Source: Candidatus Hydrogenedentota bacterium
Lineage (GTDB): Bacteria > Hydrogenedentota > Hydrogenedentia > Hydrogenedentales > SLHB01
DNA: 64,000 nucleotides
Direction: 5' to 3'
Assembly (NCBI GenBank): GCA_045863295.1
Contig: BTWA01000017.1
Span: 55,753-119,752 of the forward strand
Made by a program: the position numbers and the translations under genes. Positions 43,863 through 54,339 of this stretch are shown piece after piece; positions within the stretch are counted from its first letter, which is position 1, and every line of letters starts with the position of its first letter. The notes under the pieces are model-generated. The model did not search any database. It worked only from the letters and a program-made list of their open reading frames with translations, and was not told the DNA's origin.

Positions 43863-45815
43863 TTGCCTGATTCCCCACAATTCTTGTTGGTTGCCGGTAT
43901 TCTAACGTTGCTGAGCATTCTCGCCAGCAAAGTCTCCGACCGCTTTGGTGTACCCGCGCTACTTGTGTTCCTGGGAATCGGCATGCTTGCCGGATCGGAC
44001 GGTCCTGGCGGCATTCACTTCGACAATGCCGAAGTGGCCAATCTCGTGGGCACAATCGCGTTGGCGTTTATCTTGTTCTCTGGCGGACTTGATACCAATG
44101 TCCGCATCATCCGGCCAGTTCTGGTGCGCGGCGCGATATTGTCGACTTTGGGCGTTGTAGTGACTGCCGGGCTGGTCGGCCTATTTGCGTGGAGCGTGCT
44201 TGGGTTTGATTGGACTACGGGTCTGCTCCTCGGCGCCATTGTGTCGTCCACGGATGCCGCGGCGGTATTTTCCGTTCTGCGCGGCCGGGGCGTGGGGCTT
44301 AAAGGCCATCTGAAACCCCTTCTTGAGCTGGAGTCCGGCAGCAACGATCCGATGGCGGTGTTTCTGACACTGGGCATGACGCAGGCACTGACCATTCCAG
44401 AATTTTCGTGGCCCACCCTGATTCCCGCATTCCTGCTGAACATGGCGATCGGCCTTGGTGTGGGAGCCGGGGTGGGTAAACTTGCCAGTCAACTGTTCAA
44501 CCGGCTCCGTCTCGATTACGAAGGGCTTTACCCTGTGCTGAGTATGAGTCTTGTACTCACAGCGTTTGGCTTGGCGGAGTTTGTGAAAGGCAACGGCTTT
44601 CTTGCGGTGTATCTGTGCGGCATTATGCTCAACGGTACTGACTTCGCGCATAAGCGTTTTGTCGTGAAATTTCACGATGGACTTGCCTGGATCATGCAGA
44701 TCCTCATGTTCATTGTGCTGGGATTGCTCGTCTTTCCATCCCGGCTTCCGGCCGTCGCGGGCGAAGCGCTTGCCGTGGCGCTTTTTCTGATGCTGGTGGC
44801 GCGGCCAGTGGCTGTGGCTGTAGGGTTATGGAGAAGCGGATTTCCTTTGAGAGAGCGGGCACTTGTCGCTTGGACTGGCCTGCGTGGCGCGGTACCCATT
44901 GTACTGGCGACATTTCCGCTCATGGCCGGCTTCGAAGAGTCGGATATGGTATTTAATGTTGTGTTTTTCACCGTGATCACTTCTGTTCTGATTCAGGGAT
45001 CGTTGCTAATGCCTGTCGCGCGCTGGCTGCGGGTAGACGAACCCCTCGCTTCCAAGCCCAAGTTTTCCCTTGAAATCGAGCGCACCGGGCAGGCGCAAGG
45101 CGAAACACGTGAAGTGGAAGTGCTTCCCAACATGGCCGCAGTAGGTCGGACCGTCGCGGACCTTGGCGTTCCACGCAATGTGCTGATACTTCTGATTGGC
45201 CGTGGCGAAGACTTTGTCGTTCCTCGCGGTCAGACGGTAATTGAACCGTACGATACGTTGCTGATGTTGGGCGACGCCGCAGCGTTAAAAGAGGCCAGCG
45301 AGGTATTGGTGTCGCCGCAAGTTCGTGTGCGTGATGTGGTTCCCGCCGACGATCCGCTGGCGGCGCTGCCCATGAGTACCGAGGAGAGATATCTTTCCAA
45401 GCAAGTAGTGGTGATTGGGTACGGGCGCGTGGGCAGGCGAATTTGCGATGCCCTTTGGATGAAAGGCATCCCGGTTGTCGTTGTTGATCAAGATAGAGAG
45501 AAAATTGAAATGCTGCGAGACAAAGGTGCGCCTGCCGTCGTGGGCGACGCGTCTGTTCCGATGACGCTCGTGCAGGCGCATGTGGCCCGTGCCGCCATGC
45601 TCATCATTGCCACGCCGGACACGATGAAAGTAAGGCAGATGGCGGAGACGGCCCGCCAATTGAACTCGGGCATTGAGGTTGTCGTGCGAACACACAGCGA
45701 GATGGAAGCCTCGCTTCTGCAGCAAGAGGAAACCGGCGCCATATTCCTGGGCGAGGAAGAGCTTGCCAAGAACATGGTGGCACATATTCTCGACCGCATT
45801 CGCGTGAAGTATTGA
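43863..45815 (+). CDS. cvrA: Potassium/proton antiporter (CvrA/NhaP2 family) with RCK_C and an additional RCK_N domain
   Basis: GVPALLVFLGIGMLAGSDG, SSTDAAAVF, ELESGSNDPMA, GLRGAVPIVLA; C-terminal VVIGYGRVG. Confidence 0.88.
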   Translation: MPDSPQFLLVAGILTLLSILASKVSDRFGVPALLVFLGIGMLAGSDGPGGIHFDNAEVANLVGTIALAFILFSGGLDTNVRIIRPVLVRGAILSTLGVVVTAGLVGLFAWSVLGFDWTTGLLLGAIVSSTDAAAVFSVLRGRGVGLKGHLKPLLELESGSNDPMAVFLTLGMTQALTIPEFSWPTLIPAFLLNMAIGLGVGAGVGKLASQLFNRLRLDYEGLYPVLSMSLVLTAFGLAEFVKGNGFLAVYLCGIMLNGTDFAHKRFVVKFHDGLAWIMQILMFIVLGLLVFPSRLPAVAGEALAVALFLMLVARPVAVAVGLWRSGFPLRERALVAWTGLRGAVPIVLATFPLMAGFEESDMVFNVVFFTVITSVLIQGSLLMPVARWLRVDEPLASKPKFSLEIERTGQAQGETREVEVLPNMAAVGRTVADLGVPRNVLILLIGRGEDFVVPRGQTVIEPYDTLLMLGDAAALKEASEVLVSPQVRVRDVVPADDPLAALPMSTEERYLSKQVVVIGYGRVGRRICDALWMKGIPVVVVDQDREKIEMLRDKGAPAVVGDASVPMTLVQAHVARAAMLIIATPDTMKVRQMAETARQLNSGIEVVVRTHSEMEASLLQQEETGAIFLGEEELAKNMVAHILDRIRVKY

Positions 45816-45818
45816 ACG

Positions 45819-46847
45819 TCAACGCTTTGGCGGCTCGCTCGCCAACACCGCCAACGCCTCGCGCGTCCGGACCACCTGCATTTCATCCACCGTCAAATAA
45901 TAGTGGCGGCCATCCGCCTCTGGCGTGAACGTGGTCAGTCCCTTCTCGTTGACGTTTACACGGCCGGGTTCGGACATGCCGAAATATCCGCGTTCGGGCC
46001 GGACTGCCCAAAGTACGCTGGTAAGATCCCACGTTGGACGCTCGTGTGGCGTCGGCGTGTACAATTGATACGATTCGGATAGCGGATGATGGTTCACATA
46101 TCCGAAATCCCGTTCGATGCTTGCCGCCGGATATGGAATGGCAAGACCAATTTCAAAGCCACTGTAAACAATGGGCGTTGGCCAATTCTCCGCGAGTTTC
46201 GTCGCGGACGGGATGTCTTCCACTACGTTGTATTCGAGATGTTCCCGGCCGTCGATCAACCTGAATGCCCCTGCCATCGTGGAGAGCAACCGGACTTTCC
46301 TTTCAACCAACTCACGCCCGGAAAGGGCCGAAATCGCGTCGGCGGGCGAATCCAGCAGTCGCGCGAGATTGGTGGAGAAGCCCACTTGCGCAATCACCAC
46401 TGAGCCATCTTCGGATCCGGCCAGCGCCTTGCGCAACACGGCCGTAGCTTCGGGCGCCTCCTTGCTGCTCTTGAGGTCGTGCGGGTACCGCAATTGGTCC
46501 CCGTCCTGCACATTTGCCAATGGCAGAAACTTGCTGTCCTCCCGCGTGAATCCCTCTTTCACGACGCCGATCGGAACGTCGCCCCGTCCATAAAAAGTGT
46601 TCACTGCGTCGATATACGGCGCGCATAATTCATGGTCCTTGGTCAGGGTCACCGCAAGCAGCCGGCATTCGCCCCTGCTCTCCAACGCGTGAATGACACC
46701 GAGGGCCAGTGCATCATCTACGTCATTGCCCATATCTGTGTCGAAAATGAGAGGGACCGGCCTGGATGGCGCCGAACCGACGTTATCCGCCCAAGTCGAT
46801 GCGATACAAGCGATGGTCGCAATAGTAAGTACAAATAACCGTACCAT
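45819..46847 (-). CDS. Nucleoside hydrolase family protein with signal peptide
   Basis: LIFDTDMGNDVDDALAL, VGFSTNLA, MAG, EYN, TWD motifs. Confidence 0.88.
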   Translation of the reverse strand: MVRLFVLTIATIACIASTWADNVGSAPSRPVPLIFDTDMGNDVDDALALGVIHALESRGECRLLAVTLTKDHELCAPYIDAVNTFYGRGDVPIGVVKEGFTREDSKFLPLANVQDGDQLRYPHDLKSSKEAPEATAVLRKALAGSEDGSVVIAQVGFSTNLARLLDSPADAISALSGRELVERKVRLLSTMAGAFRLIDGREHLEYNVVEDIPSATKLAENWPTPIVYSGFEIGLAIPYPAASIERDFGYVNHHPLSESYQLYTPTPHERPTWDLTSVLWAVRPERGYFGMSEPGRVNVNEKGLTTFTPEADGRHYYLTVDEMQVVRTREALAVLASEPPKR

Positions 46848-46913
46848 ACAGAATCTCCTTCGGAGTCGTGATGTTGGATTGTAAGCCCTTGAGGAGCGGG
46901 TGCGCCAGTTGAA

Positions 46914-47486
46914 TCAACGTGGCGTAGCGCGCATGCCCAGGCGATGCCCAACCACGGTTACAATCTGATGTCCAAAATAGATGAAAAGTAGCGAACCCAA
47001 TGTCAATCCGACCGTCGGTGTGACAGCGAATGCCAACACAATCCAGCCACCCGCCAGTACATCCACCTGATCCAGCAGGTGAAACACCCAACCCTTGATT
47101 CCCGTAGTCTGCGATCCGGGTTGGATGCCCAGTTGCCTCTTGATCAGGCTGTTTGGCAGTTCGCCGGCCATGGCCGCCGCACCAAAGGTAAACCCAAAGG
47201 CCATTGACGCTACGCCGTGAGGAAGGCCTTGAAGGTGCGGAAAGGTACTATCTCCGGCAAACGCGGAGAGTAACCCATACGCGGCTGAGGCGCCCATGGC
47301 AATGACGACAATTCCCCGGTAGGTCTTGTTGTCGCCAAACAGTCGCTTGCCCCGAAGACAGGCCCCAGCATCAATGGGAAACGCTAGAAATCGAAACCAG
47401 CCATACTTCATGCTCAACCCGTGCAGCACGTAGCCGGCCACCAAAGGCGCGAATAGCAGGGCGCCTTCAACTAGTTCCCGTCTCAA
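46914..47486 (-). CDS. CDP-archaeol synthase (CarS)-like membrane CTP transferase
   Basis: PIDAG...GKRLFGDNKTYRG, GELPNSLIKRQLGIQPG, LDQVD; about 5 TM helices. Confidence 0.8.
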   Translation of the reverse strand: MRRELVEGALLFAPLVAGYVLHGLSMKYGWFRFLAFPIDAGACLRGKRLFGDNKTYRGIVVIAMGASAAYGLLSAFAGDSTFPHLQGLPHGVASMAFGFTFGAAAMAGELPNSLIKRQLGIQPGSQTTGIKGWVFHLLDQVDVLAGGWIVLAFAVTPTVGLTLGSLLFIYFGHQIVTVVGHRLGMRATPR

Positions 47487-47502
47487 TAGGTGAAGCCCTT
47501 AT

Positions 47503-47907
47503 TCACGTGAAGTTCGCCCAAGCCGACAGCAGTCGAACATCCGCGCTTTGATGCACTGCCACTCGTTGTCCGGTATCCCATTGCTCAATGGTGTAATGCA
47601 ATACCCATTCTGCAAAGTGCTGCGGCACTACGAAGGCCCGAGCCGTCTCGACTTTGCACTCCCGTCCGTCAAGGAAGTCAAACAGGGCGAGCGATGTGAT
47701 TGGGCCCTCTGCTTCGTCCACGGAATGCCATTCCTGAACCGCTAGAAAGCGGGAGTCTCCGGACCAGACGGCTCCTGATCCGAAGATTCGGCCAACGAAT
47801 CGGGTATTGCCAAGGGTCAAGCAGTAATAGGCAGGGCCAAACCGGATTTCACCGGCAATTGCAAGCGCTGCTTTTCGCGCACCGTCCGGGCTGATGACCA
47901 GATCCAT
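47503..47907 (-). CDS. Hypothetical protein
   Basis: 134-aa ORF filling the gap; SPDG, GEIRFGPAYY, WSGDSRFLAVQEW. Confidence 0.65.
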   Translation of the reverse strand: MDLVISPDGARKAALAIAGEIRFGPAYYCLTLGNTRFVGRIFGSGAVWSGDSRFLAVQEWHSVDEAEGPITSLALFDFLDGRECKVETARAFVVPQHFAEWVLHYTIEQWDTGQRVAVHQSADVRLLSAWANFT

Positions 47908-48085
47908 AGAGTATGCTTCCGCTGATTTCTTTCGCTCACTGTATCAGGAGCGGGCACGGCACGCGAAACCGGACGATTTGCCCGCAAACCTCTGAAATAG
48001 GCACAATAGCGGTTGCTTTCGGCAACCGGTTGTATTGGCCAACGACTGCGAGGCGTTTTTCATGTCTGCTGCAAGAACCTCTAAT

Positions 48086-50089
48086 ATGAGACGATATCGT
48101 CTGCATTTCACGGCAGGCCCCGTGATGTGCGCGTTCGTATTGCTTACGACCCAAGCGGCTTCAGAAGAGACCACGGCATTCGAATCTCACATACTTCCCC
48201 TTGTCACGCAATATTGCACGGACTGCCACAATGGCGACAATGCGAAGGGCGATCTCGATATCGAACGATTTGAAACCCAGGCGATGGTGGTTGAATCCGT
48301 GGGGTTGTGGCGCCGTATGGCCATGCGTCTCGAAAACAAAGAAATGCCGCCCAAGAAAAGCCCACAACCTACAGACGAAGAGCGGGCGCTCATGCTAAAG
48401 TGGGTGAGCGAGATCCCCGAAGATACGATTAACTGCAATCAAATCGCCAACGAAGAATCGCAGAGCTGGTACCCGGGTTATGTGATGAGCCGGCGATTGA
48501 ACCGCTGGGAGTACGAGAACTCCCTGCGCGATCTCTTTATGGCCGACATCAAAGTGGCCCACTTGTTTCCAGCGGATGGCGCCGGCGGCGAAGGATTCGA
48601 CAACAACGGGAGCGCTCTGTTTCTCTCCGCCATCCAGATTGAAAAGTATTTGGATGCCGCCGAGGTCGCAATAAACACGGCATTTGCGAGTCCAGACACC
48701 TCGGCGTCTGCAAGGTGGCTTGACCGACAACCCAAAGTTCACACCGTCGAAGCCGAGGGTCTTCATCCACTGGACGCGCTGGACCCCGTTATCGTGAGTC
48801 TTCGCGAGGCTGCGCTGGATGCCGCGCGCGCCGCGCTGAACGATTTCGCTGTGCGCGCTTGGCGCCGCCCGGTCGAGTACACGGAGATCGATCGCCTATT
48901 GGCGATGTTTGCTCGCGCGTACGACCGGGGCGATTCCTACAACGAGTCGTTGAAGCTGGCGTTTGCGGCGGCACTCGTGTCGCCGAATTTTCTATTTCTG
49001 GCGGAGCCTGAGCCTCCACAAAAAGGCCAATATCCGTTGGAAGGATATCCGCTGGCTTCCCGCCTGTCCTATTTCATCTGGGCGTCCCTTCCTGACGATG
49101 AACTCATGCAACTCGCGGAACAAGGCCGTCTGCAAGACGAAGGCGTGCTGAGAGATCAGGTGAAGCGAATGCTGGCCGATCCCCGATCCAAGGCTCTCGG
49201 CGATATCTTCGGTTTGCAATGGCTGGGTATCGCCCAGTTGGGAGAAACCGTACGGCCGGACGAGAATCGTTTTCCTGAATATACCGATCAACTTCGCGAT
49301 GACATGCGTGAAGAAGCCTCCGTGTTTCTCACCCGGCTCATGCAAGAAGATCGCAGTCTGCTGGAGCTAATCGACTCCGACTATACCTATGCCAACGAGC
49401 GACTGGCCGCTATTTACGGTTTGCAGGGAGTGACCGGAGACGAGTTACAACGGGTACCTCTCGCGGGCAACGCCCGCGGAGGCGTATTGGGCATGGCCGC
49501 CGTTCTGACGGCGACTTCCCATCCGTTGCGCACGAGCCCGGTGAACCGGGGCAAATGGGTGTTGGAGCAATTGCTCGGCGACCGCGTGCCCCCTCCGCCG
49601 CCAAACGCCGGGACCCTGCCGGAAGACGATCAACAGACCGACGGGTTGTCGTTGAGAGCCCGCATGGAGGTCCACCGCAAGAACCCGGACTGCGCCGCGT
49701 GTCATAACCGTATGGACCCCTTGGGCTTCGGCTTGGAGAACTTCGATCCGATTGGCCGTTGGCGTGCGGAACAGGCCGGCCAGCCTGTCGATGCCACCGG
49801 CGAGCTTCCGTCCGGGGAAAAGTTCAATGGGCCGGAGGAGCTGAGGCAGGTATTGCTGGCTCGCAAGGACGAGTTTGCCCGCAACCTGACGCGCAAGCTT
49901 CTAGGGTATGCGTTAGGACGTCCGCTCACGCGCTATGACGATTGCGTGATTACGGATTGCATGGAAGCGTTGCAGCAAAACGATTACCGGCCCAGTGTGC
50001 TGTTTGAAACCATTGCCTTGAGTCACCCCTTCCGTCACCGGTACAGTGGCGGGGAAGTCCAACTTGCGGAGGCCAATCATGAGCAATAA
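48086..50089 (+). CDS. Planctomycete-type cytochrome c / DUF1592-DUF1588 family protein
   Basis: CxxCH motifs CTDCH and CAACH; RRLNRWEYENSLRDL, LASRLSYFIW, TSPVNRGKWVL. Confidence 0.92.
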   Translation: MRRYRLHFTAGPVMCAFVLLTTQAASEETTAFESHILPLVTQYCTDCHNGDNAKGDLDIERFETQAMVVESVGLWRRMAMRLENKEMPPKKSPQPTDEERALMLKWVSEIPEDTINCNQIANEESQSWYPGYVMSRRLNRWEYENSLRDLFMADIKVAHLFPADGAGGEGFDNNGSALFLSAIQIEKYLDAAEVAINTAFASPDTSASARWLDRQPKVHTVEAEGLHPLDALDPVIVSLREAALDAARAALNDFAVRAWRRPVEYTEIDRLLAMFARAYDRGDSYNESLKLAFAAALVSPNFLFLAEPEPPQKGQYPLEGYPLASRLSYFIWASLPDDELMQLAEQGRLQDEGVLRDQVKRMLADPRSKALGDIFGLQWLGIAQLGETVRPDENRFPEYTDQLRDDMREEASVFLTRLMQEDRSLLELIDSDYTYANERLAAIYGLQGVTGDELQRVPLAGNARGGVLGMAAVLTATSHPLRTSPVNRGKWVLEQLLGDRVPPPPPNAGTLPEDDQQTDGLSLRARMEVHRKNPDCAACHNRMDPLGFGLENFDPIGRWRAEQAGQPVDATGELPSGEKFNGPEELRQVLLARKDEFARNLTRKLLGYALGRPLTRYDDCVITDCMEALQQNDYRPSVLFETIALSHPFRHRYSGGEVQLAEANHEQ

Positions 50090-51443
50090 GCGATGGGAGA
50101 TTTCGAGGCGCACGATGTTGCGCGGCATGGGCGCGGCCATTGGCCTGCCCGTGCTTCACGCCATGGCGCCCTCCATCGCGCGCGCCGCGGTCACGGGCCC
50201 GAAGGCCCCGGTACGAATGGCCTGCATCTATTTTCCGAATGGCGTGTGGCAGGAAGCCTGGATACCTGCCGAAGCCGGCTCAGCCTATACGCTGCCCTAC
50301 GCGCTCGAACCGCTGGCCGCTTTCAAAGACTGCATGAACGTGTACTCCGGCCTTGACAAGGCCGCCAGCCGCCGTGGCGACGGCCATTACGCCAAGACCG
50401 CAAACTTCTTGACCGGTAAGCCCGTTACGAAGACGACCGGCAAAGACATCAGCGTCGGTGGCATCTCAATGGATCAATTGGCGGCGCAGCATGTCGGTCA
50501 CCTGACTCCGTTGCCCTCGCTCGAACTCGGCATAGACCCCGTGATCTCCGGTATCGACAGCAACGTGGGTTTCACGCGGCTGTACGGTTCATATATTTCC
50601 TGGCGTTCCGCCAACGTGCCCGTGGCCAAGGAGATTAACCCTCGCTTTGTCTATGAGCGGCTATTTGGCCCCAAGGACGAGTCGGGCAGGGAAGCCGGCG
50701 GTATGCGGACCGACGATCGCCGCAGTCTACTCGATTTGGCACTGGAAGATGCGACCACCCTGCGGAGCAAATTGGGTCGTGACGATCAGGTGAAGCTCGA
50801 CGAATACCTCGAATCGGTCCGCGCGGTGGAAAAGCGGATTGAATTTTCCATGAAACCCGATCCACGTGACTGGAAGCCGGATCCATTGACCGAAGTGCCC
50901 GGCGCACCGAATGCTACCGTACCGCGCGACTTCCGCGAACACGTACAGCTAATGCTCGATCTCATGGTGCTCGCGTTTCAGACGGACTCGACGCGGGTTA
51001 TCTCGTTCATGATGGCCAACGACGTTTCTGGCCGGAACTTCTCGTTTCTTCCCGGCGTAAGTGGTGGCCACCACGACATGTCGCACCACGAGCACAAAGA
51101 AGAGAAGATCGCGCAATACAAGGAAATTAACCGCTGGCACAACGAACAGCTGGCCTACCTGCTTGGCCGCCTGCAGGCCATTCCGGAGGGCGAAGGCACG
51201 TTGCTCGACAACAGCATGATTCTCTTCGGATCCAGCATTTCCGACGGCAACCGGCATGATCCAAACAACCTGCCTATTATCGTCGCGGGCAAGGCAGGTG
51301 GAGCGCTTCGTACGGGTCAACATATCGCCAGCCCGAAGGAAACACCCCTTTGCAACCTATATGCGACCATGCTCAATACGATGGGTGTGGAGGTGGAAAG
51401 TTTCGGTGACAGTACCGGCGAAATCGCGGATATGATTGCGTGA
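50079..51443 (+). CDS. DUF1552 family protein with Tat signal
   Basis: SRRTMLRGMG..IGLP.L; YFPNG; SLELG; LAFQTDSTRV; EGEGTLLDNSMILFGS. Confidence 0.92.
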   Translation: MSNKRWEISRRTMLRGMGAAIGLPVLHAMAPSIARAAVTGPKAPVRMACIYFPNGVWQEAWIPAEAGSAYTLPYALEPLAAFKDCMNVYSGLDKAASRRGDGHYAKTANFLTGKPVTKTTGKDISVGGISMDQLAAQHVGHLTPLPSLELGIDPVISGIDSNVGFTRLYGSYISWRSANVPVAKEINPRFVYERLFGPKDESGREAGGMRTDDRRSLLDLALEDATTLRSKLGRDDQVKLDEYLESVRAVEKRIEFSMKPDPRDWKPDPLTEVPGAPNATVPRDFREHVQLMLDLMVLAFQTDSTRVISFMMANDVSGRNFSFLPGVSGGHHDMSHHEHKEEKIAQYKEINRWHNEQLAYLLGRLQAIPEGEGTLLDNSMILFGSSISDGNRHDPNNLPIIVAGKAGGALRTGQHIASPKETPLCNLYATMLNTMGVEVESFGDSTGEIADMIA

Positions 51444-51499
51444 TTTAGGTTGGGGTACGCGGTGCGGGTATTGCGGCAACCAGTCACGGCAGGACCTCT

Positions 51500-52822
51500 A
51501 TGAGGCGTTGTTGGATAGTCTTCACGTTAGTCGCGCCTGGGTGGTTGCTTTCCGCCTATGCAAGTGAACCCATTCCAGTCAGTCGTTTCACCCTCCCCAA
51601 TGGCCTGGAGGTTTGGCACGTATTCCGCGCCGAAAGCCAATCCGTTGGGTTGAGCTTGTGCGTACGCGCTGGATCGCGCCATGAACCCGCGTCTCAGCAA
51701 GGCATTTCCCACGTATTGGAGCATCTCTGCTTCGAAGGCACCGAGCGATTCAGCCAAGGCGAAAGCGAAATGCTTGATGTCATCACATCGCGCGGAGGTG
51801 TTTGGAACGCAACCACCCAGGAAGAACGGACAATCTATTGGGCCGTGCTGCCTGCAAGCCAGTTCAATATCGCCGCCGAGTGGATTGCGCAACTCGTCTT
51901 TCATCCACTGTTGCCGGAAAACAAACTTGAGACCGTGCGAAGTGTGGTATTTGCGGAAAAGGGCGGCAAATGGGATTGGTTTGATCGCCACGGGTTTGGA
52001 ATGGACCTGGATGCCGAAGTCCGGCGGGCACTTTTTCCGGATTCGACATTGGCTGCACGAACGATTGGTCAGGACAAGACCATTGAGGCCCTATCTCACG
52101 CGGACGTGATGGCTTACTACACCAAGCACTATATGCCTAACAACGCTGTCTTAATTGTCGTTGGCAATATAACACGCGATCAACTCAGCCAGGCCTGTGA
52201 AAGTCACTTCGCGCATCTTGAGCCAGGCACATTGCCCGATCCTCCTGGTGAGACTCGCCTGCCGGAATCGCCGCCCGAACGGTCGGTTGTTCGGGGTATG
52301 ACAGCCGGTCGCCATGGTTCCGTAATGATTGGCGTTCGCACTTTCGGGGGATCCTCGCCCGGCCGGGCAGCGTTTGAAGTACTGGCGGAATTGCTCAATC
52401 AACGCCTACTGAAAGAACTACACTTTCAACGCGGAATCGCCTATCAGATGGGAGCCGCAAACGAGTGGTTTTCCGATACCGGCTATTTTGCCGTATTCGC
52501 GCAAGGCAAACGCAACAAGCTTCGGCAGATAGAAGCGGTCATACAGGGAGAAATCGACCGAGTCCGGCAGGGCGATGTCAAAGCGGATGAATTCGAAGCG
52601 GCCAAGACGGCCTTGGCTGGAAAGTATGCGTTGTCATTGGAAGGCAATTTTGGATGGATGCGCCGCCTCGAATCGCTGACTTTTCTGTATGCCATGAACG
52701 AGCCTTTGCCCAGCATTGCCGCAGACATAGAGTCGGTTACCCCGGAAGATCTTGCACAAATAGTGGACACGTATTTCACGCCGGTGCGTCAGTGTGTGGC
52801 GGTACACAAGCCCCTGTTTTGA
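51500..52822 (+). CDS. M16 (insulinase/pitrilysin) family metallopeptidase
   Basis: LPNGL, GSRHE..GISHVLEHL (HxxEH), NATT, YMPNNAVLIVVG. Confidence 0.92.
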   Translation: MRRCWIVFTLVAPGWLLSAYASEPIPVSRFTLPNGLEVWHVFRAESQSVGLSLCVRAGSRHEPASQQGISHVLEHLCFEGTERFSQGESEMLDVITSRGGVWNATTQEERTIYWAVLPASQFNIAAEWIAQLVFHPLLPENKLETVRSVVFAEKGGKWDWFDRHGFGMDLDAEVRRALFPDSTLAARTIGQDKTIEALSHADVMAYYTKHYMPNNAVLIVVGNITRDQLSQACESHFAHLEPGTLPDPPGETRLPESPPERSVVRGMTAGRHGSVMIGVRTFGGSSPGRAAFEVLAELLNQRLLKELHFQRGIAYQMGAANEWFSDTGYFAVFAQGKRNKLRQIEAVIQGEIDRVRQGDVKADEFEAAKTALAGKYALSLEGNFGWMRRLESLTFLYAMNEPLPSIAADIESVTPEDLAQIVDTYFTPVRQCVAVHKPLF

Positions 52823-52845
52823 TGTTTCGCGAGTACTACCCGGAT

Positions 52846-53376
52846 TCAGGCCGAGTAGTCTCGCGCCAGAACATCCAGGTGATATCGTGTGTGGTAGATT
52901 GTGAAATACAGCATTTCGCGAACGGTGAGATTTCCCATAAGCGGATGCGGCAATTGCAGATTGTCGAGGCTCTCATCATCCCACTTTGCGATTGCCGTGG
53001 CTAAACGGTCCCCCTCGTTCCGGAACCGATCCATGATCGCCGCCTTCTGATCCGGCGACACCGCATCAGGCACAAAAGGCCCCGCTGCGACCCCGCCGGC
53101 ACTCAACGCACCTCTGTATCTGTCCACCATACCATCGAAAGTCAGGCTGGGCCGGCCTGACGTTCCGAACTTCAGCTTCAGCGCGATCTTTGGCAACCGC
53201 AACGCCAGGTTCAGCGGTTTCGTACTGAGGATGAGGTGTTCGAGGTGTTGCCCCGCAGTCCACTTGCTTTTGGGTCCTTGGTTAAATCCTGTGGCGGGCT
53301 GCCCTTCAAACCAAGAGGTGACCGATTGAACCGTATCATTCCAGGCGTGGACAATATCGTCGCGGGTCTGGATCAT
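52846..53376 (-). CDS. DinB family protein
   Basis: KWTAGQHLEHL...PHPLMGNLTVREMLYFTIYHTRYH; ATG 53376 behind AAGGAG. Confidence 0.85.
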   Translation of the reverse strand: MIQTRDDIVHAWNDTVQSVTSWFEGQPATGFNQGPKSKWTAGQHLEHLILSTKPLNLALRLPKIALKLKFGTSGRPSLTFDGMVDRYRGALSAGGVAAGPFVPDAVSPDQKAAIMDRFRNEGDRLATAIAKWDDESLDNLQLPHPLMGNLTVREMLYFTIYHTRYHLDVLARDYSA

Positions 53377-53512
53377 GAAGTTGCTCCTTGCGGGAAGCGT
53401 TAAGGGTTGCCTTGCCTCATCATGGTAGGCGACGTTGAAACATCGGTCAAGCGAAAGGCTGGACATTTCCTCGGTTGCTGTGGTCCCATTGGGTAGTTGA
53501 GGAGAAACACGC

Positions 53513-54199
53513 GTGGGCGTAAAACTGGATAACGTAGTGCCATTCGGCCGTTCATTCGAAGAATATGGCAACATGTTCGATCTTCTTCCCGTCGATTTCG
53601 AAAGGCGCATACTCGGCGTGGGCGACGGTCCGGCCAGTTTCAACGCGGAACTCCACAAGCGCGGCGTGCGTGTTACTTCCGTGGATCCGATTTATGAATT
53701 CGAAGCCGAAGATATCCGGAGCCGGTTTTACGAATGCGTAGATGACATCATCGCGCAAGTCGCCGCGACCGCACACGACTATGTTTGGGGGTATCACAAA
53801 TCGCCCGAGGATCTTCGCGCGAACCGCACCCGGGCGTTGGAGACATTTGTCGCGGACTTTCCCTCTGGCAGGGAGGAAGGCCGCTATATCCCGGGTTCGC
53901 TGCCCCAACTGCCGTTCGACGATGACCAATTCGATCTTGCGCTCTCAGGCCACTTCCTCTTCCTGTATTCCGATCATTTTTCGCTTGATTTCCATCATCG
54001 ATCCGTCACCGAGATGTTGCGTGTCGCTCGGGAAGTGCGGATTTTTCCCCTGATCACGTTGATGCAGGAGCCGTCTCCTCACTTGCCTGCTCTACGCGAG
54101 TGGTTGGCTCGCGACGGCTTTCACACCGAAGTCCGCCACACCCACTACGAGCTTCAGCGCGGCGGGAATGAAATGCTCGTTATCACCCGTACCAGGTGA
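53513..54199 (+). CDS. SAM-dependent methyltransferase
   Basis: ILGVGDGPASF, SVDPIY, LPFDDDQFDLALSGHFLFLY; GAGGAG RBS. Confidence 0.85.
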   Translation: MGVKLDNVVPFGRSFEEYGNMFDLLPVDFERRILGVGDGPASFNAELHKRGVRVTSVDPIYEFEAEDIRSRFYECVDDIIAQVAATAHDYVWGYHKSPEDLRANRTRALETFVADFPSGREEGRYIPGSLPQLPFDDDQFDLALSGHFLFLYSDHFSLDFHHRSVTEMLRVAREVRIFPLITLMQEPSPHLPALREWLARDGFHTEVRHTHYELQRGGNEMLVITRTR

Positions 54200-54339
54200 C
54201 CGCGAGGCCGCTCGGGGTTGGTTTCCTGCTTCGAGCCGCGCTATGCTGTGGGCGTTTCCGTGGGGTTTTCAGCGCGCGCGTCCGGCGCCGCTGCTTGGGG
54301 TCGCGGCGTTGGCCGTAGACTTGCGGAAAGGGAGATCGC

